DNA of 64,000 nt from an uncultured delta proteobacterium. GTDB taxonomy: Bacteria; Myxococcota_A; UBA9160; UBA4427. The notes beneath the pieces were generated by a model. It was given only the letters and a program-made list of their open reading frames with translations, ran no database searches and was not told where the DNA came from. The translations under genes were made by a program, and so were the position numbers. Below are positions 24,767 through 36,322 of the stretch, piece after piece. The stretch's first letter is position 1. Each line of letters opens with the position of its first letter. Location: positions 64,001-128,000 of the forward strand of contig CAWGJT010000012.1 in NCBI GenBank assembly GCA_963822965.1, read 5' to 3'.

Positions 24767-26587
<1,821 letters not shown>

Positions 26588-26635
26588 CGAGGTCGCCCCT
26601 CCCACCTCCCGGGGCGCACCTCGAAGTCGCCCCGG

Positions 26636-27382
26636 CTACTTCTCGTCTTCTCCGGGCGCCGAACCCTTCGCGGCCTGCGCAGCTCCGTCACTCTGCTTCG
26701 ACACGACCACTCGCGAAGGCCTCAGCATGCGATCCCGAAGCTGGTACCCGTCCTCCAAGACCTGTACGACCGTGCCCGGGGGCACGCTGTCGTCGACGAC
26801 CTGGGTCATCGCCTCGTGTACCGCCGGATCGAAGGGCTGGTTGGCCGCCTCGATCCGCGTCACCCCGTGCTTGCCCAGAACGCCCAGCAGCTCCCGTTGC
26901 ACCAGCTCGATGCCCTGCAGGAGCCCCTGCAAGTCCTCGCCCCCGCTCCCTTCCGCCGGCCCGACGAAGTGCGCGAGCGCGCGTTCCAGGTTATCGACCG
27001 TGGGCAGCAGATCCTTGACGAGATTCTGGTGACCGAAGTTGTGGGCTTCCTGCCGCTCCTTGAGGCCCCGGCGACGGAAGTTCTCGAACTCGGCCTGGAG
27101 CCGGAGAAGGCGGTCCTGGAGCTCGTCCCGCTCCTTGGCCAGCTGCTCGTACTCCTTCTTGAGGGACTGCAGCTCCTCGGACAGCACCTCGAGCAGCACC
27201 TTGTCGGCGGACCCGGAGCCCCCGGCGACCGCCGGCCCGCGGGACGCCTCCCGGGCCTCCACCGACTGGGTGGCCCGCCGGATGGCCTCCTCGAGCTCGT
27301 CGTTCGCGGGGATCGAGCCCTCGGAGGGCTCCTCCTCGGGGTCGTCGCCGTCGCGCCTGTCGTCGCCGTTCGGTGTCGTCAC
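26636..27382 (-). CDS. grpE: Nucleotide exchange factor GrpE
   Basis: LRLQAEFENFRRR, LLPTVDNLERA, FDPAVHEA, GYQLRDRMLRPSRVVV. Confidence 0.96.
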   Translation of the reverse strand: MTTPNGDDRRDGDDPEEEPSEGSIPANDELEEAIRRATQSVEAREASRGPAVAGGSGSADKVLLEVLSEELQSLKKEYEQLAKERDELQDRLLRLQAEFENFRRRGLKERQEAHNFGHQNLVKDLLPTVDNLERALAHFVGPAEGSGGEDLQGLLQGIELVQRELLGVLGKHGVTRIEAANQPFDPAVHEAMTQVVDDSVPPGTVVQVLEDGYQLRDRMLRPSRVVVSKQSDGAAQAAKGSAPGEDEK

Positions 27383-28491
27383 GGGGAGAGCTTGTCCGTT
27401 ACCAGCCGGGAGCAGTAGCCCACCAGGGGAATGATTCGACCGTAGTCCATTCTCGTCGGCCCGATCACCCCGAGCATGCCCGCCGATTCGCCGTACGGTG
27501 CGGCGACCAGCGCACAGCCCGACAGGCCGTGGGTCTCGAGCCTCTCGCCGAGGGTGACGGAGACGCCGTCGCCCTCGAGCAGCTCCTCCAACAGATCGAC
27601 CAACCGCTCGCCCTGCTCCAGTGCCGCGAACAGATCGCGGAGCCGCTCGGGGTCGCTGAACTCGGGCTGGTCCAGCAGGGCCAGCCGGGTGGCGATCACG
27701 AGATCGCTCGGCGTGGGCGTCTCGAGCGCCGCTTCGGCCGCCCGCAGGCCGAGCCGGAGCGCGCGCTCCACCAGACGTCCGGCACGATTCCGCAGGGAAC
27801 GGACCTCGCCCCGCAGGCGGTCCCGCACCTCCGGCAGGGTGCAGCCCGCCACCCGCTCGTTCAGCGCCGAGGCCATCCGGTCCAGCTCGGCCTGATCGAT
27901 GCCCCGGTCGGGCTCCGGGGCCTCGACGACGCGCTGGTGGGCGTGACCGCTCACGTCCACCAGCACCGCCAGGACGCGCTCCGCTCCGAGCCGCACGAAG
28001 CTGACGTGCTGGAGCGCCAGCCGCTCCAGGCGCGGCGCCACCACGAAGCCGAGCTGGTGGCTGTGGTCCGACAGGACCTGCGAGGCCAGGCGCACGGCGT
28101 GGTCGGCCTCAACGACCTCGAAGGAGCGGTCGAGCAGGCGGCGCTGGCAATCGTCGAGATCGCCCGGCGCCAGTAGACGGTCGACGAAGAGGCGCATGCC
28201 CTCGTCCGTGGGAACCCGTCCCGACGACGCGTGCGGCTTGCGGATGAGCCCGAGGTCGGAGAGCTCGGCGAGGGTGTTGCGCACGCTGGCGGACGAGAGC
28301 CGGACGCTCAGCAGGTCCGAGATCGTGCCGGAGCCGACGGGTGCCGCGGCGCCCACGTAGGCGGCCACCAGCGCTCGCAGCACGCTCTGCTGGCGCTCGG
28401 AGAGCTGCGGGCCGGGCTCCGGCGCGGCCGGGGCCGCGTCTACCGGCCGGGGCGGCCCCGACGGAGGGATCGACGGAGGAGAGGCGGACAC
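27379..28491 (-). CDS. hrcA: Heat-inducible transcription repressor HrcA
   Basis: RQQSVLRALVAAY..PVGS, SSASVRNTL, PHASSGRVPT, GVIGPTRMDY; probable GTG start at 28491 with GAGG. Confidence 0.95.
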   Translation of the reverse strand: MSASPPSIPPSGPPRPVDAAPAAPEPGPQLSERQQSVLRALVAAYVGAAAPVGSGTISDLLSVRLSSASVRNTLAELSDLGLIRKPHASSGRVPTDEGMRLFVDRLLAPGDLDDCQRRLLDRSFEVVEADHAVRLASQVLSDHSHQLGFVVAPRLERLALQHVSFVRLGAERVLAVLVDVSGHAHQRVVEAPEPDRGIDQAELDRMASALNERVAGCTLPEVRDRLRGEVRSLRNRAGRLVERALRLGLRAAEAALETPTPSDLVIATRLALLDQPEFSDPERLRDLFAALEQGERLVDLLEELLEGDGVSVTLGERLETHGLSGCALVAAPYGESAGMLGVIGPTRMDYGRIIPLVGYCSRLVTDKLSP

Positions 28492-28544
28492 GAAAACCTC
28501 AATGAATGTCGAGACTTCACGGTTACCATCCGGCCGCGCGGTCG

Positions 28545-29744
28545 TCAACGAAGCGAGCCTTCTTCGGGCTCGGCGACGAAGTGCGAGGCGACCCAGTCCG
28601 CGAGCATACGGCCGCGGGGGGTGAGGCGCAGGTCACCCCTGGCCGACTCGTCGAGCAGCCCGTCCGCGCCGAGGCGCTCGATCTCCGCCCCGAAGAAGTC
28701 CCGGGGTGCGGCGCCGAACCAGCTCCGGAAGCGGGCCGCGTCGAGACCCGTCCGACAGCGGAGGGCCAGGAACATCGCCTCCGCCCGGGCCATGGCGGCG
28801 TCCTGGATCTCGCGCTCCTCGGTGGCCGGCTTCCCGCCCTCCAGGCGCGCCAGGTACGCCCGCAGCTCCCGGGTGTTGTGGCTGCGGCTGCCGTAGGGCG
28901 CCCCCTCGCGGACGGGCTCGGACGACCAGGCCCCCACGCCGAGCCCGAGCACGGGCTCCCGGCTCCAGTAACGCCGGTTGTGCACCGACTCGAAGCCCGG
29001 GCGCGCGAAGTTCGTCAGCTCGTAGGGCTCGATTCCGGCGGCGGAGAGCCCCGCCTCCAAGGCCTCGAGCATGTCCGCCACCGCGTCGGCGTCCGGGCGG
29101 GCCAGCTGACCCCGGCGATCCGCCAGCGCGAAGGGCGTGCCCTCCTCCACCACCAGCTCGTAGGCGGAGACGTGGGTGGGCGCGATCTCCACGGCCTGGC
29201 GGAGATCGGCCTCGAGCTGGGCCAGGCCCTGGCCGGGCGCCCCATAGAGGAGATCGATCGAGACGTTCGTGAACCCCGCGGCACGGGCGGCGTCCAGGGT
29301 GGCCTTCCCCTCCGCGGCCCGGTGGGCCCGACCCAGGCGCCGCAGCACCGCGTCGTCGAAGGACTGGATGCCGACCGAGAGCCGGCTCACCCCCGCCTCG
29401 CGGAAGCCCGGGAGCCGGGTGCGCTCGACGGTGCTCGGGTTGACCTCCAGCGTGACCTCGACGGCCGGGCCGCTGGGTGGAAAGTGGCGCCCCACCGCGG
29501 CGGCGATGCGTGCCACCGAATCCGGCAGCAGCAGCGAAGGGGTGCCGCCGCCCAGGTACAGGCTCGCCAGGCGCCGGCCCCCGTAGTCGGCCGCGCGCAG
29601 GTCGAGCTCGCGCTCGAGAGCCGCCAGGTAGCGCTCCTCCATGCTGGCGGGCAGCCCGCCACCCACCACCGCGAAGTCGCAGTAGGGGCACACCCGTTCG
29701 CAGAACGGGACGTGCACGTAGACGCCGACGGTGGGCTCGCTCAC
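28545..29744 (-). CDS. hemW: Radical SAM heme chaperone HemW
   Basis: YVHVPFCERVCPYCDF, GGGTPS, RLSVGIQSF, HNRRYW; located directly upstream of hrcA. Confidence 0.92.
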   Translation of the reverse strand: MSEPTVGVYVHVPFCERVCPYCDFAVVGGGLPASMEERYLAALERELDLRAADYGGRRLASLYLGGGTPSLLLPDSVARIAAAVGRHFPPSGPAVEVTLEVNPSTVERTRLPGFREAGVSRLSVGIQSFDDAVLRRLGRAHRAAEGKATLDAARAAGFTNVSIDLLYGAPGQGLAQLEADLRQAVEIAPTHVSAYELVVEEGTPFALADRRGQLARPDADAVADMLEALEAGLSAAGIEPYELTNFARPGFESVHNRRYWSREPVLGLGVGAWSSEPVREGAPYGSRSHNTRELRAYLARLEGGKPATEEREIQDAAMARAEAMFLALRCRTGLDAARFRSWFGAAPRDFFGAEIERLGADGLLDESARGDLRLTPRGRMLADWVASHFVAEPEEGSLR

Positions 29745-29807
29745 GGTCCGAGGATAGGGCGATACCGGCGCCGTCCGCGCCCTGCGGCACCTGCTACTTT
29801 GCCTCGA

Positions 29808-32390
29808 ATGGCCGGAGGCGACGTCCACTACGAGGTGCTTCCCAACGGACTCACCCTGCTGCTCCGGCCCACGCAGCTGGCCCCCGTCGTCAATCTCCAG
29901 ATCTGGGCCCAGGTGGGCAGCGCGGACGAGGGTCCCGGCGAGCAGGGCCTCGCGCACTTCCACGAGCACATGCTCTTCAAGGGCACCGCCAAGCGCGGGG
30001 TCGGCGAGGTGGCCGGCGACGTGGAGGGCGCGGGCGGTCGCATCAACGCCTACACGACCTTCGACACCACCGTCTATTACGCCACCCTGCCCCGGGAGTC
30101 GCTGGCGGTGGGCCTCGAGGTGCTGGTGGACGCCGTGCGCAACTCGCGCTTCGATCCCGAGGAGATCCGGCGCGAGCGCGAGGTCGTCCTCGAGGAGATC
30201 CGCCGCGCAGAGGACTCGCCCGGGCACGTCCTGAGCGACGCGATCTTCCGTACCCTCTACCAGACGCACCCCTACGGTGCGCCCATCCTGGGCCCCCCGG
30301 AGAGCGTGGCCCGCTTCGAGCGCGAGCAGGTGCTCTCGTTCTACCGGCGCTGGTACGCGCCGAACAACCTGGTGGTGGCCGCGGCCGGCGACTTCGACGC
30401 CGGCGCCCTGGCGCGGGGCATCCAGCGCGCGTTCGCCGACGCCGACGCGAGACCGACGAGCGTGCGCCGGACGCGTCCCACCGAGCCGGAGCAGCGCGGC
30501 CTCCGAGCCACCCTCGTGGAGCGACCCTTCGAAGGCGTCCGGGTGGATCTCGCCTGGGCGACGACGCGCTTCGCCGAGCCCGACGCGCCGCTGCTCGACC
30601 TGCTCTCGTTCATCCTGGGCGAGTGCGAGTCCAGCCGGCTGGTCGTCCGCATCAAGGACCGGGAGCAGAGCGTCGACCGCATCGACGCCTCCTCCTACAC
30701 GCCGCTGGACCCGGGTCTCTTCTCCGTGAGCTTCGAGTCGGATGCCGACCGGGCGAAGGGCGCGATCGAGGGCGTGATTCGCGAGGTCGAGCGGCTGCGC
30801 GCCGAGCCCGTCTCGTCGGACGAGCTCGATCGCGCGCGGGCCAACTTCCTGGCCAACGAGCACTTCGAGCGCGAGAGCGTCGCGGGCATGACGAGCCGGC
30901 TGGCCAGCTTCCACGTACTCACCGGCGACTATCGCGGCGACGAGCTCTACCTGGAGCGGATCCGGCGAGCGACCCCGGACGAGCTGCTGGAGCTGGCCCG
31001 CCGCCACCTGGATCCGACGCGGCTCAACGTGGCGGCGGTGCTGCCCGAGTCCGACGCTCCGGCGCTCGACGAGGCGTCCATCCGCGCCGCCGTCGAGCGC
31101 GGCGTGGAGACCACCCGGCGGCGCTTCGCGGCACCGAAGGCGGCCCGGCGGAGCCCCCGGTCGATCGTGCACTCCTACGCGCTCCCCAACGGCGCCGCCG
31201 TTCACGTGGTGCCGCGTCGGGACGTGCCGGTGATGGCGGCGCGCGCCGCCTTTCTCGGCGGGCAGCTGGCCGAGGACGAGGCGAACGCGGGGCTGGGGAG
31301 CTTCCTCAGCTCGATGTGGACCCGCGGCACCCGCTCCCGCTCGGCCGCCGACTTCGCGCGCTCGGTAGAGAACCTGGCGGGCGAGGTCAACGGCTTCTGC
31401 GGCCGCAGCAGCGTCGGCTTCACCCTCGAGGGGACGAGCGACAAGCTCGAGCCCCTGCTCGACCTGTTCGCGGAGGCCCTGCTCGAGCCCGGGTTCGACC
31501 CGGACGAGATCGAGCGCGAGCGACGCGAGACCCTGGCGGCGATCGACCGCCTCGACGACCGCCTGGCCCAGCTCGCCTACCTGCGCTTCGGCGAGACCCT
31601 CTTCCCGACCCATCCCTACCGGCTGTCCATGCTCGGCCGGAAGGAGTCGGTCTCGCGGATCGACGCCGACCTCCTGCAGGCCCACCACCAGCGGCTGATC
31701 CGGCCCGAGAACCTCGTGCTGGCGGTGGCGGGCGACGTGGACCCGGACGCCGTGGCGAAGGCCATCGCGATCCGAACGGGAGACCTGGTTGCCAGCGGCT
31801 TCACGCGCCCCACCCCGCCCGTGGATCCCCCGCCCACCTGCGTGCGGGAGGTCCGGCTGCGCAAGGAGCGGGCCCAGGCCCACCTGGTCCTGGGGTTCTA
31901 CGGACTGACCGTGGACGACCCCGACCGCTACGCGCTCGACGTCGTCTCCCAGGTGCTCGCCGGGCAGGGAGGCCGTCTCTTCCTCGAGCTGCGCGACAAG
32001 CAGGGCCTGGCCTACAGCGTCAGCTCCGTGAACGTCGAAGGGGTGGCCCCCGGGTTCCTCAGCGTCTACATCGCCACGGCGCCCGACAAGCTCGCCGACG
32101 CGCAGCGGGGCATCCTGGTCGAGCTCGAGCGCCTGCTCGAGACCGCGCCCGGCGAGGAGGAGCTCACCCGGGCCCGTCGCTACCTGACCGGGAGCTTCGC
32201 GATCGACGGCCAGCGCAACAGCAACCACGCCGCGCACGTCGCCCTCGACGGCCTCTACGGGCTCGGCCCCGAGGCCCACTACGACTACGCGAACCGCATC
32301 GCGGCCGTGAAGGGAGACGACGTGCTCCGGGTGGCCCGGCGGGTGATCGACCTCGACGCCTACGTGCTGTCCCTGGTGGGCGACGTCTGA
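29808..32390 (+). CDS. M16 (pitrilysin/insulinase) family zinc peptidase, four-domain
   Basis: GLAHFHEHMLFKG (HxxEH), INAYT; second inactive half with RLFLELRDKQGLAYSV. Confidence 0.93.
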   Translation: MAGGDVHYEVLPNGLTLLLRPTQLAPVVNLQIWAQVGSADEGPGEQGLAHFHEHMLFKGTAKRGVGEVAGDVEGAGGRINAYTTFDTTVYYATLPRESLAVGLEVLVDAVRNSRFDPEEIRREREVVLEEIRRAEDSPGHVLSDAIFRTLYQTHPYGAPILGPPESVARFEREQVLSFYRRWYAPNNLVVAAAGDFDAGALARGIQRAFADADARPTSVRRTRPTEPEQRGLRATLVERPFEGVRVDLAWATTRFAEPDAPLLDLLSFILGECESSRLVVRIKDREQSVDRIDASSYTPLDPGLFSVSFESDADRAKGAIEGVIREVERLRAEPVSSDELDRARANFLANEHFERESVAGMTSRLASFHVLTGDYRGDELYLERIRRATPDELLELARRHLDPTRLNVAAVLPESDAPALDEASIRAAVERGVETTRRRFAAPKAARRSPRSIVHSYALPNGAAVHVVPRRDVPVMAARAAFLGGQLAEDEANAGLGSFLSSMWTRGTRSRSAADFARSVENLAGEVNGFCGRSSVGFTLEGTSDKLEPLLDLFAEALLEPGFDPDEIERERRETLAAIDRLDDRLAQLAYLRFGETLFPTHPYRLSMLGRKESVSRIDADLLQAHHQRLIRPENLVLAVAGDVDPDAVAKAIAIRTGDLVASGFTRPTPPVDPPPTCVREVRLRKERAQAHLVLGFYGLTVDDPDRYALDVVSQVLAGQGGRLFLELRDKQGLAYSVSSVNVEGVAPGFLSVYIATAPDKLADAQRGILVELERLLETAPGEEELTRARRYLTGSFAIDGQRNSNHAAHVALDGLYGLGPEAHYDYANRIAAVKGDDVLRVARRVIDLDAYVLSLVGDV

Positions 32391-32417
32391 GCCGGCCCGT
32401 GGGCTCGTCCGAGGCGC

Positions 32418-34178
32418 TCAGTAGCCCAGGGCGAGACCGTCGCGGCGGGGGTCGCTGCCGCCGTAGTGGATGCCCGTCTCGGGGTCGATCGTGATCGCCT
32501 CGACGGCCGACCAGTCGCGCGGCGACACCTCCACGTGGTGGCCCCGCTCGCGCAGCCCGTCGATCACGTCGGCGGTGACCTCCGGCTCGACGTCGATGCG
32601 GTCGGGCTGCCACTGGTGGTGGAAGCGCGGCGCCGAGACGGCGGCCTCCACGTCCATCCCGTAGTCCACCACGTTGAGGATGCTGAGCAGCGTGGAGGAG
32701 ATGATCTTCGAGCCTCCCGGACTGCCCGTCACCATCACGACCCGCCCGTCCTTCTCCAGGATCGTCGGCGTCATGCTCGAGAGCGGTCGCTTACCCGGCG
32801 CGATGGCGTTCGCGCCGCGGACGTCCACGAGGCCGTAGCTGTTGGGCACGTTCAGGGCCTTGGAGAAGTCGTCCATCTCGTTGTTGAGGACGATGCCGGT
32901 GCCGCGCACCGTGATCCCGGAGCCGTAGGGGGTGTTGATCGTCTTCGTGATGGCGACCGCGTTCCCGAAGCGATCGGTGACCGAGAGGTGGGTGGTGCCG
33001 TGGTCCTCCACCGGAATGCCGGGCGCCTCGACGCGGATCGCCATCTCGCCCCGGAACCAGTGCCACGGCGCCCGCCGGAACCAGGGCGGATCGATGCGCG
33101 CCCGCTGGCTCGCCGCGTAGTCCTTGGAGATCAGCCTCTCGATGGGCATCTCGACGAAGTCCGGGTCGCCCAGGAACCAGGCCCGGTCGGCGAACGCGAG
33201 CTTCATGGTCTCCGCGATGAGGTGCAGGCTCGCGGAGCTTCCCGCGCCCCGGGCCGCCAGGTCGTCGTAGCCCTCCAGGATGTTGAGCATCTCGACGAGC
33301 AGCACGCCGCCGGACGAGGGCGGCGGGAACGAGATCACCTCGAGGCCGCGGTAGCTGCCCCGGATCGCCTGGCGTTCCACGGGCCGGTAGCCCGCCAGGT
33401 CGGTCGCCCGCAGGAGCCCGCCGCGCGCCAGCATCTCGCCTTCGATGGCCCGGGCGATGTCGCCCTGGTAGAAGACCGACGGCCCCTCCTCGGCGATGCG
33501 CGACAGGGTCTCCGCCAGATCCTTCTGGACCAGACGCCAGCCGGGCCGCGCCGGCTCGCCCGGCGGTGGGAACTGGATGCGCACCGTCTCCGGGAACGTC
33601 TCCGCCGGCAGATGGCCGCGCATGAACTCCATCAGGCGCACCGCGTAGGGGCCGACCTGGAAGCCCGTCTCGGCCAGCGCGATGGCCGGCTGCAGGCACT
33701 CCGAGAGGCTCTTCGTTCCGTATCGCTCGAGCGCCAGGTCGAGACCGGCGACCAGGCCCGGCGTGGCCACCGCCAGGGGGCCGGAGACCGAGGCGCGCGC
33801 CGCGACCCCGGGCCGCGCGTACATGTCGCTGCTGGCGGCGGCGGGTGCGGTCTCGCGCGCGTCGATCGCGGCCGCGTGTCCATCGGCGGTGCGGATCAGG
33901 ATGAAGGCACCGCCGCCGATGCCGGTCGAGAACGGCTGGGTGACGCCCAGCGCGAATGCGGCGGCGACGGCCGCGTCGACGGCGTTGCCCCCGGCCTCGA
34001 GGACCGCGACCCCTGCCCGGGTCGCATCCGCCTGGGAGGTGACCACCATTCCGTGGGGCGCCGCGGTCGGAGCCGGCCAGGCGGCGTCGACCGGCCGCGG
34101 GAAGCCGATCACGAGCACGAGGAGGATCAGGACTGAAACGAAGCGGCCATGCGGCCGATAGGAATGCAGGTCGCCCAT
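32418..34178 (-). CDS. ggt: Gamma-glutamyltransferase
   Basis: GGNAVDAAVA, IDARE, PPPSSGG, TTHLSV nucleophile Thr, LNNEMDDF, PGKRPLSSMTP, GSPGG. Confidence 0.95.
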   Translation of the reverse strand: MGDLHSYRPHGRFVSVLILLVLVIGFPRPVDAAWPAPTAAPHGMVVTSQADATRAGVAVLEAGGNAVDAAVAAAFALGVTQPFSTGIGGGAFILIRTADGHAAAIDARETAPAAASSDMYARPGVAARASVSGPLAVATPGLVAGLDLALERYGTKSLSECLQPAIALAETGFQVGPYAVRLMEFMRGHLPAETFPETVRIQFPPPGEPARPGWRLVQKDLAETLSRIAEEGPSVFYQGDIARAIEGEMLARGGLLRATDLAGYRPVERQAIRGSYRGLEVISFPPPSSGGVLLVEMLNILEGYDDLAARGAGSSASLHLIAETMKLAFADRAWFLGDPDFVEMPIERLISKDYAASQRARIDPPWFRRAPWHWFRGEMAIRVEAPGIPVEDHGTTHLSVTDRFGNAVAITKTINTPYGSGITVRGTGIVLNNEMDDFSKALNVPNSYGLVDVRGANAIAPGKRPLSSMTPTILEKDGRVVMVTGSPGGSKIISSTLLSILNVVDYGMDVEAAVSAPRFHHQWQPDRIDVEPEVTADVIDGLRERGHHVEVSPRDWSAVEAITIDPETGIHYGGSDPRRDGLALGY

Positions 34179-34282
34179 GACGGGGCCGGACGCTACCACA
34201 GCCGTCGCACGCGAATCCGACGCCGGAACCCGGGAGAGGGATGAAGAGAGAAGGAAGAGAGAGAGGGGAAGGAAGAAGCAAC

Positions 34283-34933
34283 GTGAGAAGAGGGAGAACC
34301 CGGGCCGCACCCCTCGCGTGGGTCCTCGTCTTCGTCGCTGTGGCCGCGGCCGGCTGCGGCGACGACGCCACGCCCGCCGACTCCGCCGCGCCCCAGCCTG
34401 CCGCCTTCGCGTGGCCCGAGGGGCCGACTCCGCACGCCGTCCTCCACGTCCACGAGCTGGGCGACATCGAGATCGCGCTGTATCCGAGCCTGGCCCCGGA
34501 GACCGTGGCGAACTTCGTGCACCTGGCGGAGAGCGACTTCTACGACGGGACGACCTTCCACCGCGTGATCCCCGGCTTCATGATCCAGGGCGGCGACCCG
34601 AACACGAAGAACCGCGATCCGTCCGACGACGGCATGGGCGGCCCGGGCTACAAGATCGACGACGAGTTCAACGCGGCGCCTCACGTCCGCGGCGCGGTGT
34701 CGATGGCCAACACCGGTCACCCGAACACCGCCGGCTCGCAGTTCTTCATCGTGCATGCCGACTCGCCCCACCTCGACGGCAAGTACACGGTCTTCGGCCG
34801 GGTGGTGTCCGGCATGGACGTGGTGGACGCCGTCACGAAGGTGGACCTCGACGTCTACGGGCGCTGGGGTCCGAAGAACCGCCCGATCGCGGACGTCGTG
34901 ATCGACGACGTGGAGATCCGCCCGGCCGGCTGA
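34283..34933 (+). CDS. Cyclophilin-type peptidyl-prolyl isomerase, lipoprotein
   Basis: Lipobox [40 protein letters not shown]; start at 34283 (GTG) or 34241. Confidence 0.92.
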   Translation: MRRGRTRAAPLAWVLVFVAVAAAGCGDDATPADSAAPQPAAFAWPEGPTPHAVLHVHELGDIEIALYPSLAPETVANFVHLAESDFYDGTTFHRVIPGFMIQGGDPNTKNRDPSDDGMGGPGYKIDDEFNAAPHVRGAVSMANTGHPNTAGSQFFIVHADSPHLDGKYTVFGRVVSGMDVVDAVTKVDLDVYGRWGPKNRPIADVVIDDVEIRPAG

Positions 34934-34936
34934 CGC

Positions 34937-36322
34937 CTACTGGGCGTAGCCCAGCGCGCGCAGCTTCTGGGCGATGCCCGGGTCGATGCGCACGTCGCTC
35001 TGCAGCACCCCGGGAGCCGGGGGACGGGCGAGATGCGCGTCGAGCCGCGCCCGCAGGTGCGCCGCCTCGCCGGGCTCGAGCTCCACGAGGTTCACGTTCT
35101 CTCCGGGATCCACGCTGCGGTCGTACAGGAACTCCGCCGGCTGCGGATCCGGCGGCACGTTCCGCGCGAAGGTCCAGTGGCCCGTATTGAGGGACGTCTG
35201 CACCGACGCGTCGAGGTAGAGCGGCAGGCCGAGCGCCGCGAAGCTCTCGCGGTCGGCGGCGGACTCGCCCCGGGCGGACGCCAGCACCAGGGGCACCAGG
35301 GACTCGCCCTCGAAGCCTTCGGGGATCGCGACGCCGGCGAGATCGAGCAGGGTCGGCGCCAGGTCGAGGTTGCGCACCTGGCTCTTCACCCGGACGGGCT
35401 CCACGGCGAACGGCAGGCGCACGACGAGCGGCACGCTGACGACGGCGGTCAGCACGTTGCGCGCGTGGCCGTGACGGCCATTCTCGCCGAAGGCCTCGCC
35501 GTGGTCGCTGGCCAGCACCAGCACGCTGTCCTCCAGCAGGCCGCGCGTCTCGAGGGCCTTCCGCACCCGGGACAGGGCGTCGTCCACCCAGCGAACGGCG
35601 CTGCGGTAGTTGCCCCGGGCATCGGTGCCGTCCCGCTTGAACTCGTTCGGGGACGCGTACTCGTGCACATCCATGAAGTGGAGATAGAGAAAGAACGGAC
35701 GGTCGCCGGGCAGCGCGTCGAGGATGCGGACCGTCTCCTCGAGCACCCGGTCGGCGTGGGCCCAGACCGTGGACTTGGGAATGCGGCTCGCCTCGCCCTT
35801 CGGGCTGCTGGGAAACACGTAGCGGTCGAAGCCCTGGTGGAAGCCGAAGGTCTGGTGCAGCCATCCGTTCGTCTGCACGCCGTAGGTCGCGTAGCCGGCC
35901 TGCTGCAACACCTCGGCCAGGGTGAGCGCCCCCTCGCCCAGACCGTCGCCGTAGGCGCGAATGGCGTGGCTGTGGGGCCAGAGCGAGGTCATCAGCGACG
36001 CCATGGACATCTTCGTCCAGCTCGATTGCGAGCGGGTGCGCTCGAAGACGATGCCGCGATCGGCCCAGGCGGCGAGCTCGGGGGTGGTGTCGAGCGCCGG
36101 GGCGTAGGGGGTCGTGGCGTCTGCGCGCAGGGTGTCGACCACGACCAGGACGAGGTTCGGGCGCTCGAGCGCGTCGATCCGTTGGCCCAGCTCCGCGGGT
36201 CCCACCGGCCGTTCGCAGGCCAGGGCGGCCACCGCCAGCAGCGTCCCCGCCGCGAGGCCCGCCGCGCGCCAGCCGCGCGGGGCCGCCACGCGGCGCCTAC
36301 TGCAGCTCGCCGAACGCTTCAT
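34937..36322 (-). CDS. Sulfatase-like hydrolase/transferase, probable lipoprotein
   Basis: PNLVLVVVDTLRAD, SSWTKMSMASLMTSLWP, FFLYLHFMDVH, ASDHGE, DLAPTLLDL; ALAC lipobox-like. Confidence 0.88.
   Translation of the reverse strand: MKRSASCSRRRVAAPRGWRAAGLAAGTLLAVAALACERPVGPAELGQRIDALERPNLVLVVVDTLRADATTPYAPALDTTPELAAWADRGIVFERTRSQSSWTKMSMASLMTSLWPHSHAIRAYGDGLGEGALTLAEVLQQAGYATYGVQTNGWLHQTFGFHQGFDRYVFPSSPKGEASRIPKSTVWAHADRVLEETVRILDALPGDRPFFLYLHFMDVHEYASPNEFKRDGTDARGNYRSAVRWVDDALSRVRKALETRGLLEDSVLVLASDHGEAFGENGRHGHARNVLTAVVSVPLVVRLPFAVEPVRVKSQVRNLDLAPTLLDLAGVAIPEGFEGESLVPLVLASARGESAADRESFAALGLPLYLDASVQTSLNTGHWTFARNVPPDPQPAEFLYDRSVDPGENVNLVELEPGEAAHLRARLDAHLARPPAPGVLQSDVRIDPGIAQKLRALGYAQ

Noticed and set aside
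28492..28548. N-terminal extension of HrcA from TTG 28548 (also extended starts for folE, ggt and the 46017 ORF)
   Set aside because: Extensions overlap promoter-like elements and lack homology; downstream starts have better RBS or -10 context
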